This document shows positions 12,854-25,189 of a DNA stretch of 64,000 nucleotides, in pieces (positions within the stretch are counted from its first letter, which is position 1; the number at the start of each line of letters is the position of its first letter). The DNA is taken from NCBI GenBank assembly GCA_013265495.1, contig MU058259.1, positions 204,437 through 268,436 of the forward strand, in the 5' to 3' direction. The notes below the pieces were generated by a model. The model was given only the letters and a program-made list of their open reading frames with translations. It had not been told where the DNA came from and made no database searches. The translations under genes were made by a program, and so were the position numbers. This DNA is from Vicugna vicugna (Eukaryota).

Positions 12854-13674
12854 ATAACCCAATATAAGGAGATGTAACACTTTATTCGCTGATGATGATT
12901 TGAGGACCTAAAAATCTTTGCTCCCTTACCTAACATGGAAATACTAACTTCATTTCCTCTCACTCTTATCAGACAGTTTCTGATTCCTGCCCACTTGTCT
13001 AGTTCTGATTTCTTTTCTTTTTCCCTCTCTGAGTGTCTTTTGGGCTCACATGTTTCTAAACACCACTGAAAAAAAGCAAAGAAAGCAGGGTTGAATAATG
13101 GTTGCTCCTAATTTTAGGTCCATCTCATTAGGGCTTTGATTACAAATTCATGACTCCTCTTCATAACCAAGCTCCATACACTAAGGTGTGAAAAGGATAT
13201 CAGTAGCCAGCAGGGAACCAGCTCCTGAGCTGAAAAACCATCTCACATTGGAAACAGAATCTGTGAGGGTGTTTGTAGGAGACTCGTCTCTCATCTATGC
13301 TTGGTAAATGTTTTACACTCAGCATTTGAGAAAAATGATACTATTAATTTCATGAGTGCTAGTCATATCTATGTTATGTTCTCCTTGTGTAGTATGAGGA
13401 GAACTGCTGACTTTCACTTCCCTCACCAGGATTCAAAGTCTGGAGTAAAAAATCCACAGCAGCAGAGTCAAAGTATGCACCTCCCAGCCAGTGGCTGTCC
13501 GAGTATTTAACAAGAAAAGATCATAAGATATTCATGCTCAGACTACATAATCACAGTGTGATCGTGTCCTGGAGTTTCAAGTGGGCACAATAACAAACAA
13601 ATACTTCAGGAAGTCATAATATAAATTAAAGACTAGGACTTAAAGAAGAGAATTCACCTTTCCATGTTCACACC

Positions 13675-14030
13675 GGTTGTATCAGTAAGGATGCATGGGA
13701 TTGCAAATAATGAAAAACTCGTCTCAAACTGACTTAAATAATGAGAAAATATATTAGCCCAATCACACGGTGTCCAGAGTCAGAGCAGACTCCAAGCACA
13801 TGATGTTGTATCTCTAGCTTCACTTTGCTCTGTCTCCCTCTGGGATGGCCACAGCAGCCCCAGATATAACACACAGACACAATGAAGTCCAGGCCAAGAC
13901 GGAACTGCTCTCTCCATGTCTCCTTTCCAGTCTCCATGGCAGAATCTCCTCTTATGTTTCATTGGCCCAGATTGAGATATATATTCTTTATAAAATTAAT
14001 TACCAATATGAGATTGCCATGATTGGTTCA
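13675..14030 (-). mobile_element. MaLR LTR (old MLT1-like)
   Basis: tgtatcagtaaggatgc...ttgcaaataatgaaaaactc...aaactgacttaaa...gtttcattggcc. Confidence 0.55.
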
Positions 14031-14134
14031 GGCAAATTAAAAAAAATTTTACTTAAGTATAATATACCTCAAAATATGTGTCTAGATTGATGTATTTTTA
14101 CAAACTGGGCCCACCTCTATAACCAGCTCTAGAT

Positions 14135-14636
14135 AAGGGCTTTTAACCTTGTTTGTGCCAGGGAATCCTTTGGCAGTGTGCTGAAGCTTAGGGACCCTTT
14201 TAAAGAATTTTTTAAATGTATAAAGTAAAATACATAGGATTAAAAAGAAATCCAGTTATCTGGAAATGATGTTATTAGGATTTTAATGCATTCATTCAGG
14301 TTAATTAAGATTAATTTGGTCATTCAGTAAGTTTATGATATAATAGTATGTGTGCTTCTTTATTAACACATTAAATAACAAAATCTGGTGGCAAGTATAA
14401 TTACTACAATAATTCTGAATTGCTGATGAGTATAAAGGATTCCAGTGGTGACGAAATCATAGCTCCTGCTAATATACTACTGTGGTTTGTTTCGTACATT
14501 TACAATTAAAGGAAAAGCTCCACTTCAATTAAAGATTAGTGAAAATAAAGAGGTATTTTTTCCATGCACAGTCACAGAGACCTCAAATTTTATCCCTGGA
14601 CCAATTAAAGTCAATGGGTCCGAGGTTAAGAACATC
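14135..14636 (+). mobile_element. Charlie4a-like hAT DNA transposon
   Basis: agggcttttaaccttgtttgtgcc...ctttggcagt...aaaatacataggatt...gaggttaagaac; homologous to 38045-38970. Confidence 0.75.
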
Positions 14637-15359
14637 TGGAACTTAGATTCATCAGTTGAAGTGCTCTGGACTTTAAGGGGTTTGAACACCATGACCTACC
14701 ATAGTAGGTGAAGGAAATTGGAGTCCTGCAGATTCATTCATTCTTCATTCATTCACTCAAGACATTTATCACACACCCACTATGTGTTAGTCACGTTTTG
14801 CACAGGCATACACTGGTGAATTAAGTGACATAATCTCTCATCTCGTGGAGAGAGGCAAGGCCATTGGAGAGGAAAAACAATAAAGATATAAATAGAGGTG
14901 AACTGAAGATTCAGAGGGAGCAAGTTGTTTATTTGAGCTGGAATCCAGAGAGCTGGTTCATACCAAAGGATGGGTAAGATGTTAGTTGAATTCATTATAG
15001 GTAATTGCCAAGAGTTTCTCTGAAGCAAAGTGGACTTTGCACTGGGGCCACTCTGGACCCCTAGTGAGCCCCTCTGTGGAACAGTCCTGTGTATCTTCAG
15101 TAAAGCCTAGTCTTCAGCGTGGTGGCTGGTCCCATTTAATTTGATACTATTCGGTAAAGATCCCTGTGACTCTCCTTGCCATTTTGGTGTTCTCCACCCA
15201 AGTTTTCTGCTAAAACCAGGAGTTCATATTACATTAATTTGCCTTAAGATGCTGTCTTCAACAATACATTATGTCTCTAGCCTGCAACTGCCAGTACCAA
15301 TAACAATAAAGGCATTTCAGGAAACACCTTGATATCCTGAGAAAACAGAGCTACGTTAC

Positions 15360-15700
15360 TTCCTTCCCTCCTTCATTATAAGATATTTATTGAGTACCTG
15401 CTGGATAATAAGCATGATGCTAGAAGCAAGGGCCACAGAGATTAACAAGACATGGCTCTACCTTCAAGCAAACACTTCAGTGGAGGGAGATAGGCATGTA
15501 AAACCAGTAAATGTCAGTTGGTGTTCAAGCTGCTGGGGGAAAAATCTGTGCCGGTTGCACTGGGGATGTAAAGGCTGGAGAGGACAATTCTGCCAGGTCG
15601 GGTGTAGAGAGTGGGCACAAAGGGTTTCATATGAAGTCAGTTCTTAAGCTTCATCTGGGAAGAGGGGTGAATAGTATGTTGCTAGGTGGTCAAGGATGAA
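15360..15700. mobile_element. L2 3' fragment
   Basis: atatttattgagtacctgct...aacaagacatggctctaccttcaag...gtggagggagatag. Confidence 0.6.
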
Positions 15701-16254
15701 GGAACTTTTTCAGCTGTGTGCTCACACACCCATGGACCACATCCTGACTTTCCACATAGGTGAGCAGCTAATAGGCACTGATAGAATTGTCTGGGCCCTA
15801 TTCAGTATCCATTCAATTCCCTTTTGTGATGTTGGCATTACCCAAACTTTGATGTTCCTCTCTGGTCCCTGGACTTGGAAAGCTGCCTGACATCCTCTAT
15901 TATATTAATTGTATTAATCTTTTTTAATATATATATTTTTATTGAAGTATAGTCAAGTCAGTTTACAATGTTGTGTCAATTTCTGATGTACAGCACAAAG
16001 CTTCAGTCATATAGGAACATACATATATTCGTTTTCATATTCTTTTTCACCATAAGTTACTACAAGATATATAGTTCCCTGTGCTATACAGTATAAACTT
16101 GTTCTTTATCTATTTTATATATATTAGTATCTGCAAATCTCAAACTCCTAATTTATCCCTTTCCACCCCCTACCCACCCCCCATAACCATAAGTTTGTTT
16201 CTATGTCTGTGAGTCTGTTTCTGTTTTGTAAATAAGTTTGTCTATTTTTTTTTT

Positions 16255-19200
16255 TTAGATTCCACATGTAAGTGATATCATATGGTATTTTTCTTTTTCT
16301 GGCTTACTTAGAATGACATTCTCCAGGTCCATCCATGTTTCTGCAAATGGCATTATTTTATTACTTTTTATGACTGACTAGTATTCCATTGTAAAGATAT
16401 AGGACAGCTTCTTTATCCAGTCATCTGTCATTGGACATTTACGTTGTTTCCATGTCGTGTCTATTGTAAGTAGTGTTGCTATGAACATTGGGGTGCTGGT
16501 GTCTTTTTGAATTAAGGTTCCCTCTGGATATATGCCCAGGAGTGGAATTACTGGATCGTCTGGCAAGTCTATTTTTAGTCTTTTGAGGAACCTCCATACT
16601 GTTTTCCATAATGGCTGCACCAAGCTACATTCCCACCAACAGTGTAGGAGGGTTCCCTTTTCTCCACAGCCTTTCCAGTATTTATTGTTTGTGGACTTTT
16701 GAATGATGGCCATTCTGACTGGTGTGAGGTGATACCTCATTGTTGTTTTGATTTGCATTTCTCTGATAATTAGAGATATTGAGCATTTTTTCATGTGCCT
16801 ATTGGCCATTTGTATGTCTTCATTAGAGAATTGCTTATTTAGGTCTTCTGCCTATTTTTGGATTGGGTTTTTTTTTTTGTTATTAAGTTGTATGAGCTGT
16901 TTATATATTCTGGAGATTAAGCCCTTGTCAGTCTCATCTTTTGCAAATATTTTCTCCCATTCTGTAGGTTGTCTTTTTGTTTTGCTTATAGTTTCCTTTG
17001 CTATGCAAAAGCTTATAAGTTTAATTAGATCCCATTTGTTTATTTTTGCTTTTATTTCTATTGCTTGGGTCGATTGCTCTAGGAGAACATTGCTGAGATT
17101 TATGTCAGATAAGTTTTGCATATGTTTCCTTCTAAGAGATGTATGGTGTCTTGTCTTACGTTTAAGTCTTTAAGCCATTTTGAGTTTATTTTTGTGTATG
17201 GTGTAAGGGAGTGTTCTAGCTTCATTTATTTACATGCAGCTGTCCAGTTTTCCCAACACCATTTGCTGAAGAAACTGTCTTTACTCCATTGTATGTTCTT
17301 GCCTCCTTTGTCAAAGATTAATTGACCAAAAGTTTGTTCCATTGATCCATATGTCTGTTTCTGTACCAATACCATGCTGTTTTGTTTACTGTAGCTCTGT
17401 AATATTGTCTGAAGTCTGGGAGGGTTATTCCTCCAGCTTCATTCTTTTTCTTCAGTAATGCTTTGCCAATTCTGGGTCTTTTCTGATTCCGTATAAATTT
17501 TAGGATTATTTGTTGTAGTTCTGTGATAAATGTCCTAGCTAATTTGATAGGAATTGCATTAAATCTGTAGGTTTCTTCAGATAGTATTGCCATTTTAACA
17601 ATATTAATTCTTCCAATCCAAGAACATGGGGTATCTTTCCATTTCTTTAAGTCAACTTTAATTTCTTTAGTCAATGTTTTGTAGTTCTCTGCATATGAGT
17701 CTTTTACTTGGTCAGATTTCTTCCTAAGTATTTTTTTTTGGATGCAATTTTAAAAGGGATTATTTCTTTACTTAGCTTTTCTGATATTTCATTGTTAGTG
17801 TAAAGAAATGCAACTGATTTCTGTATGTTAATCTTGTATCTTGCTACCTTGCTGAATTCTTTTACTAGCTCTAGTAGTTTTTGTGTGGAGCCTTTAGGGT
17901 TTTCTGTATATAGTATCATGTCATCCACATATAATGACACTTGTACCTCTTCTTTTCCAATTTGGATCTCTTGTATTTCTTTTTCTTGTTTAATTGCTAT
18001 GGTTGGGAATTCCAACACTGTATTGAATAGAAGTGGTGAGAGTGGGCATCCTTGTCTTGTTTCAGATTTTAGCAGAAAGGCTTTCAGCTTTTCATCATTG
18101 AGTATTATGCTGGCTGTAGGTTTGTCATAAATAGCTTTTGTTATGTTTAGATATGCTCCCTCTATACCCACTTTGGTAAGAGTTTTTGTCATAAATGGGT
18201 GTTGAATTTTATCAAATACTTTTTCTGCATCTATTGAGATGATCATGTGATTTTTGTCCTTTCTCATGTTGATGTGGTGTATTACATTGATTTGCGTATG
18301 TTGAACCATCCTTATGTACCTGGGATGAACCCAACTTGATCTTTTTTATGTGTTGTTGGATTTTGTTTGCTAATATTTTGATAAGGATTTTTGCATCTAT
18401 GTTCATCAGTGATATTGGCCTGTGATTTTCTTTTTTGGTATTGTCTTTGTCTGGCTTTGGTATCAGGGCAATGGTGGCTTCATAGAATGAGTTTGGGAGT
18501 ATTCCCTCCTCTTCAATCTTTTGTAAGAGTTTGAGAAGAATGGTATGAGCTCTTCTTTGTATGTTTGATAGAATTCCCCAGTGAAGCCATCTGATCCTGG
18601 ACTTTTGTTTGCAGGGAGGTTTTTAATTGCTGATTGTATTTCACTTCTAGTGATTGTTCTGTTCAGATGATCTGTTTCTTCTTGATTCAGTTTTGGTGGA
18701 TTGTATGTTTCTAGAAACTTGTCCATTTCTTCTAAGTTGTCCAATTTATTGCCATATAGTTGTTCATAGTATTCTCTTATGATTTTTTTTTGTATTTCTG
18801 TGGTGTTGGTTGTAATCTCTCCATTTTCATTTCTTATTTTGTTTATCTGTGTCCTCTCTCTTTTCTTCTTGGTGAGCCTGGCCAGAGGTTTGTCAATTTT
18901 GTTTACTCTTTCAAAAAACCAGCTCCTTGGTGAGAATGCAGTTTGGTGTAGCCACTGTGAAAAACAGTATGGAGATTCCTCAAAAGACTAGGAATAGACT
19001 TAACATATGACCCAGGAATCCCGCTCCTGGGCATATATCCAGAAGGAACCCTACTTCAAAAAGACACCTGCACCCCAGTGTTCATAGCAGCACTATTTAC
19101 AATAGCCAAGACATGGAGACAGCCTAAATGTCCATCAACGGATGACTGGATAAAGAAGCTTTGGTATATTTATACAATGGAATACTACTCAGCTATAAAA

Positions 19201-20713
19201 ACCGACAACATAACGCCATTTGCAGCAACATGGATGATCCTGGAGAATGTCATTCTAAGTGAAGCAAGCCAGAAAGAGAAAGAAAAATACCATATGAGAT
19301 CGCTCATATGTGGAATCTAAAAAAACAAACAAACAAAGCATAAATACAAAACAGAAATAGACTCATAGACATAGAATACAAACCTGTGGTTGCCAAGGGG
19401 GTGGGGTGGGAAGGGATAGACTGGGATTTCAAAATTGTAGAATAGATAAACAAGATTATACTGTATAGCACAGGGAAATATATACAAGATCTTATGGTAG
19501 CTCACAGAGAAAAAAATGTGACAATGAATATATATATGTTCATGTATAACTGAAAAATTGTGCTCTACACTGGAATTTGACACAACATTGTAAAATTACT
19601 ATAAATCAATAAAGAAGGATAAAAAGAAAAACCCAGCTCTTGGTTTGATTGATTTTTCTGTTGTTTTTTAATCTCTATTTTATTTATTTTCTCCCTGATC
19701 TTTATTATTTCTTTCCTTCTGCTGACTTTAGGTTTTGTTTGTTCTTATTTTTCTAATTCTTTTAGGTGATAGATGAGGTTGTTTATTTGAGATTGTTCTC
19801 CTCTTTTGAGAAAGGCCTATATCACTGTGAACTTCCCTCTTAGGACTGCTTTTGCTGCATCCCATAGATTTCATGTGGTTGTGTTTTCATTGTTGCTTGT
19901 CTCAAGGTATTTAAAAAAATTTTTTTTGATTTCACTGTTGACCCATTGGCTCTTTAGTAGCATGTTGTTTAGTCTCCATGCTGTCGTTTTTTTCTCATTT
20001 GTTTTTCTGTGGTTGATTTCTGGTTTCATGCCATTGTGATCAGAGAAGATGCTTGGAATAATTTCTATCCTCTTAAATTTGTTGAGACTTATTTTGTGCC
20101 TGACTGTGTGGTCTATCCTAGAGAAATTTCCATGAGCACTTAAAAAAGAATGCATATTCAGTTTTTTGGGGTTGTAATGTCCTAGAAATATCAACCAAGT
20201 CTAACTGTTCTGTTGTGTCATTTAGTATCTCCATTGCCTTATCAATTTTCTGTTTGAAGACTGTCCAATGATGTTAATGGGGTGTTAAAATCTCCTACTA
20301 TTATTGTATTCCCATCAATTTCTCCTTTTATGTCTGTTAGTATTTGTTTTATATATTTAGGTGCTTCTATATTGGGTGCATATATGTTAATGAGTGTAAT
20401 AGCTTCATCTTGTATTGCTCCTCTGATTATTATATAGTGTCCTTCTTTATCTTTCTTTATAGCCTTTGTATTAAACTCTATTTTGTCTGTTATGAGTATT
20501 CCTACTCCTGCTTATTTGTCATTTCCATTTGCATGAAATATCTTTTTCCATCCTCTCAATCTATGTGTGTCCTTCACTCTAAAGTGGGTCTCTTGTAGGC
20601 AGCATATTGTAGGCTTTTGTTTTATTATCCAATCTGCCACTCTGTGTCTTTTGATTGGAGCATTTAGTCCATTGACATTTATAGTAATTATTGATAGATA
20701 TGTTTATAGCCAT
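16255..20713 (-). pseudogene. L1 ORF2p (endonuclease-RT-Cys domain), disrupted
   Basis: ATG at 20713. EN motifs GNTIIVGDFNTP (~20280-20315), SRIDH and [19 protein letters not shown] and YVDD (YADD mutated). C-terminal HCWWEC. Multiple stops/frameshifts plus a nested insertion. Confidence 0.93.
18926..19626 (+). mobile_element. Younger 5'-truncated L1 nested antisense in ORF2 of the full-length L1
   Basis: ORF 19078..19320 MFIAALFTIAKTWRQPKCPS. 3' UTR nearly identical to the 6127-6677 copy. TSD aaaaaaccagctc 18913-18925 / aaaaacccagctc 19627-19639. Confidence 0.95.
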
Positions 20714-21148
20714 TTTGAACTTTGTTTTCCAGTTGATTTGATATTTCTTCTTTGTTCCTTTCTTTTCCTTTTTGTTTTTCTTTTTGTGGTTTGATAATTT
20801 TCTTTTGTATTAGCTTGGTTTCTTTTTGGATTTTGTGACTCTATTGTATGCTTTTGATTTGTAGTTACCTTGTTTTTCAAGTATGTTAACTCCTTACTAT
20901 ATCTGTGCTTTAGATTGATAGTCATGTAGGTTCAAGCACATCCTAAAAAGAATGAAGGAAAAAAAAAGGAGAGGGAAAATAATCTATATTTTCTTGCTCC
21001 CTTCTCCCACCTTTTATGATTTTTGATATTCCTTATTTTTATTTATGTATTTTTCACATCTTCATGTTTATTCTCTTGCAACTCATTGTAATTATTGCAT
21101 TTCCAATTATGGTTTTCTCTTTTCTATAGATTCCTGTTTCTTTTTTAT

Positions 21149-22031
21149 TTAGAGTAGACCTTTCAATATTTCTTTTAGTATAGATTCAGTATTGCTGAAT
21201 TCCTTTAGTTTTTGTTTGTCTGTGAAATTCTTTATCTCTCTTTCTACTCTAAAGGATAGTCTTGCCAGATAGAGTATTCTAGGCTACAGCTTTTTCTCAT
21301 TCAGGACTTTGAATATATCTTGCCACTCCCTTTTGGCCAGCAGGGTTTGTGTACAGAAATCAGCTGAAAGTCTTATGGGGGGGCTCCCTTGTAACTAACT
21401 TTGTTTTTCTCTTGCTGCCTGTAGAATCCTTTCTTAATTTTTAATTTTGGCCATCTTAATTATAACATGTCTTGGTATAGGTCTGTTTGGCTTCTTATCT
21501 GGGACCCTCTGTGCCTCCTGTACTTGGATATCTGTTTCCTTCTTTAGGTTTGGAAAGTTTTCATTTATGATTTCTTCAAATATCTTTTCAATTCCCTTTT
21601 CTCTTTCTTCTCCTTCTGGGACCCCTATTATGTGTAAGTTGGCATGGTTCATATTATCTCATAGGTCCCTTATATTGCTTTCATTGGTTTTTACTTCCTT
21701 TTCTGTCTGCTGTTCTGATTGGGTGACTTCTGTTATCCTATCTTCTAAGTCACTTATTCGTTCCTCTGCATTATCTAGTCTGCCTTTGACTGCCTTTAGC
21801 TTGGCTCTTGGCAGCTGAGTTTTCTGTTTTTAATTGGCTCTTCTTTATGATTTCAATGTCCTTTTCAGAGTATTCTCTGCCTCTATTCATGGTCTCTTAT
21901 AGTTCGTTCAGTACTTTGATCACTCCCTTTTTGAAGTCATGATCTAGTAGACTATCGAGACCAATTTCATTGATTGTTCTTTCAGGGGATTTCTCTTCTT
22001 TTAATTGGGACTAGTTCCTCTGCTTCTTCAT
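21149..22031 (-). pseudogene. L1 ORF1p, disrupted
   Basis: Starts MKKQRN at 22031. ORF 21434..21652 NLHIIGVPEGEEREKGIEKIFEEIINENFPNL...PRHVIIKMAK is the ORF1 RRM region. Ends ...LKGLL* at 21149. Confidence 0.9.
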
Positions 22032-23607
22032 TTTACTTATATCTCTTTGGCTGTATGGATTTAGGAATATCAGTTATCTACTGTGGTCTTGAAGGGCTGT
22101 TTTATTTTCTGTTTGTTTGTTTTTATTTAAAGTGGGAGCATTCCTGTGTAGACTGTGTGCATCTAATAGTTTTGTTGCAAGGGCTCTTCTTAGTGTGGAT
22201 GTTTCCCATGTCTTTCTTTTGTGAATGTCGGCTATTATCCCTTTGATTGGCGGTGTGGTTGGTGTTGTAGTGTTCAGAGCCTGCCCTGATTGTTGTTGCT
22301 GAGTTAGGCCTCCTTTTTTGTTCTGTGGTTGTCACAGCCTTGACAGGATCCTGGTCTGCTCCCCTGTTGCTGGAATAGAGGCTTCTAGACCCGTTTCTGA
22401 GCTGTGGTGTGTAGTAGGCAGGATTGGAGTGCTTCAGCTGGGAAGAAGAGTAGGCAGATGTCCATTGGAAGTGCCCTCTGTGGTGTTATCTGTTACTTGT
22501 TATGCAGGCTTGCCAAGTACTCTTTGCTGATGCTGCCTTTGTCCCCACCGTAGCTTTGGGAATGTCAGTCACCTGCTCTGGTGTCCCCCAGGTTCTGAGC
22601 CCCAGGAACCACCAGTGCAGACCCACCAATGTCAGGTGCTAGGACTCGCTGTAGCAAACGTGCAGTCACACAAGTGAATCTGTGGTATGCCAGAGGGTCA
22701 GTGCAGACCCCAGCCCCACCTCCACATATAGTACGGTACACCAGTCTGTTGTAAATACCTGCATTTGCCTCCACTCACTGCCTATTGTCCCAGAGACAGG
22801 GTCCACAAAGGGTCTAGAGAGCAAAACCACCCTCTGCCTGGGGCTGTAAACAAATCTCAGTCCCATCTGTGAAGTTGCAGGGCCTCTGGGTATGGATTCA
22901 GCTTTTAGCCCCGCCTCCGCACCACAGTGATGGCTATGACCAAGCCCTACCTCTCTTCTCAGAAAGAACATACCAACATTGGAGCCAACCAGAGAAAGCA
23001 GCTATGGCACGGCTGCGTTGTGCCCCTCCCCCGCACCCACACCAATAGTGGTGCTTTTTTGTGGGGTCCTAGGCTGTTCTGTTCCACACACACCCCCATC
23101 CAGAGCTCACACTGCCCTCCATTCTGCCTCTGTGCAGTCGGCCCCAACCCTCTCCCTGGGCTGCTCACTGATCTCCAGCAGCCAGTCCTGGCTTTTCCCT
23201 GCTGGCTTACATCTAGGGCCAGGGATCACAGGGACCCTCCGTGTCAGTTTCCCTTAGTTCTGTCTGCCAAGCAGTTGTCATTTTCTCCTCCGAGCCTCAG
23301 AAACTCTGCTTCTGTCCCCACTGACGTCCTGGCTGAAGAGGGGGCATCCCAGCCTGAGGGTGCCTTTCTTCCTATGCCGCTCCCTCCCTGCAGGACTGGT
23401 CCTGCACTGAGTTTTTCTGTTTTCTTTTTTTTTTTTCTTACTGGATTTGGTGAGAATCCTCCTGTATTTCAAAGCAATAGACACTCTGCCAGAGTTCAGT
23501 AGGTGCTCTGTGCAATTCAGTGGGTTTGTAGATGTAATTCTTGGTGTATTTGTGGGAGAGGGCAAGCTGTGAGTCTCTCTACTACACTATCTTGGCTCCA
23601 CCCCCCC

Positions 23608-24140
23608 AACTGTGTTAATCTTTTTGGAGAGCCAACTTCTGGCATCATTGATTCTTTTCTATTATTTTCTATTCTTGATTTTTTTCTCATCTTTTTTATT
23701 TCCTTCCTTCCACTTTCTCTGGATTTGCTATCTTGTTCTTTAACTTTTTAACATGGAAACATAGACCATTGATTTTCAGTCTGTCTGTTTTAATACATGC
23801 TTTTAAAGCTTAATTTTCCCTCTATGCACTGCCCTAGCTGCACCTGTAAGTTTTGATATGCAGTATCTTTCCTTATAATCAGTCCAAAATATTTTCTAAT
23901 TTCCATTGTGATTTCTTCTTTGACTCATGAATTATTTAGAAGTTAACTTTCAATCAGTTGTGAATTTTCTAGTCACCTTTTTGTCATTGATTTCTAGCTT
24001 AAGATCATTGTGATCATAGAATATACTCAGAATAATTTCCATCCTTTGAAATTTATTGAGGTTTGATGACCTAGTATGTGGTGAATTTTGGTAAATATTC
24101 CTTGTACATCTGAAAAAGAACATGTATTCTGTTATTACTG
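23608..24140 (-). mobile_element. Older L1 ORF2 fragment (EN C-terminal part); host of the full-length L1
   Basis: ORF 23950..24171 NLNKFQRMEIILSIFYDHNDLKLEIN. Colinear with, but diverged from, 19627-20170. Confidence 0.85.
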
Positions 24141-25189
24141 GGGACTGCCCCTGTTTTGAACCTCTCTCCATACTTTGTTATAGTTTTAATTCTTTGATCT
24201 TTTCAGACTGCAGTATCATCTCCTGCAATGGGACTTCCTGCTGAGCATTCTCCCATCTCCAACACCAAGGCCACTGAATGCCTCCTCACCCACATGCAGG
24301 TGAGTTGCATAGAATTTGGACAGCCAATACCTTTTCTCTCATTCTTAGCAGGCAATTAGGGACAATCACCCTGCACCAGGGAGAATTACCTTAGCACTCA
24401 GGTCTGGAAATGGAGCAATGTCATGATAAACTGCTTCACTTCCACATACAGTGATCCAAATAAATATGTACCCCCCAGATAAAAACGTGTACACATATAC
24501 ACACAGTTTCTGTCTGGGGGCAAGTGGCAAGTGTCACAAATGACCATGGAGGGCGTGTGCTTGGGGAACCTGAGCTCTCACTCATACATCACTACCACAT
24601 ATGCAAGACAAACCACACACAGCAGTGGCCACATGGTTATTGCAAGTGTCTCTGGGTGGCTGTTACATTGAAACCTAAAGATAAACTGAAGTAGAGGTAG
24701 ATTCTCCATATATGTTTTCCACAAGCAAAATTATATAGGATAAAATAGGCATGAATTATGAGTCAGTGCTGAAGAGAATAATTAGAGAAGAAAGATAAAG
24801 GAGCTAAAGTAGATGACAAAAGGGCAATACTCTGCCTAGGGTGATGTTAAGTAGACTGAGGCAAAGCAAATCTAGGTCTCAAAACTTCACTTCTGTGGAG
24901 GCAGATAGAAGGCAGGTTCTTGATATGCATGACCATGATGACATCAGGTCAGAATCAATCTCTGTAATCTGAATTGAAGGGACTTGGGAGGGCATGATAG
25001 AGAAATGGTTCTGGTCAGGCAAGGATTTTCCCTCCATGGTTGACACACAAATTCACTTCAGTGTACAGGTTTAGGGAGCAAGCAGTTAGTCCAGGGTACC
25101 AGTGGGTCTTTATTCCTAAAGGGACATTTAGATAAGAGAGATTAATGTGGCAAACCATAGCCTCCGTTGGTGCAGGTGCACTTGGAACT

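Larger units (their letters stand above)
15925..23607 (-). mobile_element. Full-length, inactivated LINE-1 (5' UTR ~22032-23607, ORF1, spacer, ORF2, 3' UTR)
   Basis: Starts GGGGGGGTGGAGCCAAGAT (canonical L1 5' end) at 23607. TSD aattgtattaatcttttt 15907-15924 / aactgtgttaatcttttt 23608-23625 (16/18). ORF1 and ORF2 peptides are colinear. Confidence 0.95.

Noticed and set aside
15925..23607. Full-length L1 as a potentially active element
   Set aside because: ORF1 and ORF2 have many stops/frameshifts, YADD is changed to YVDD, the 5' YY1-like site reads aagatagt, and ORF2 is split by an insertion.
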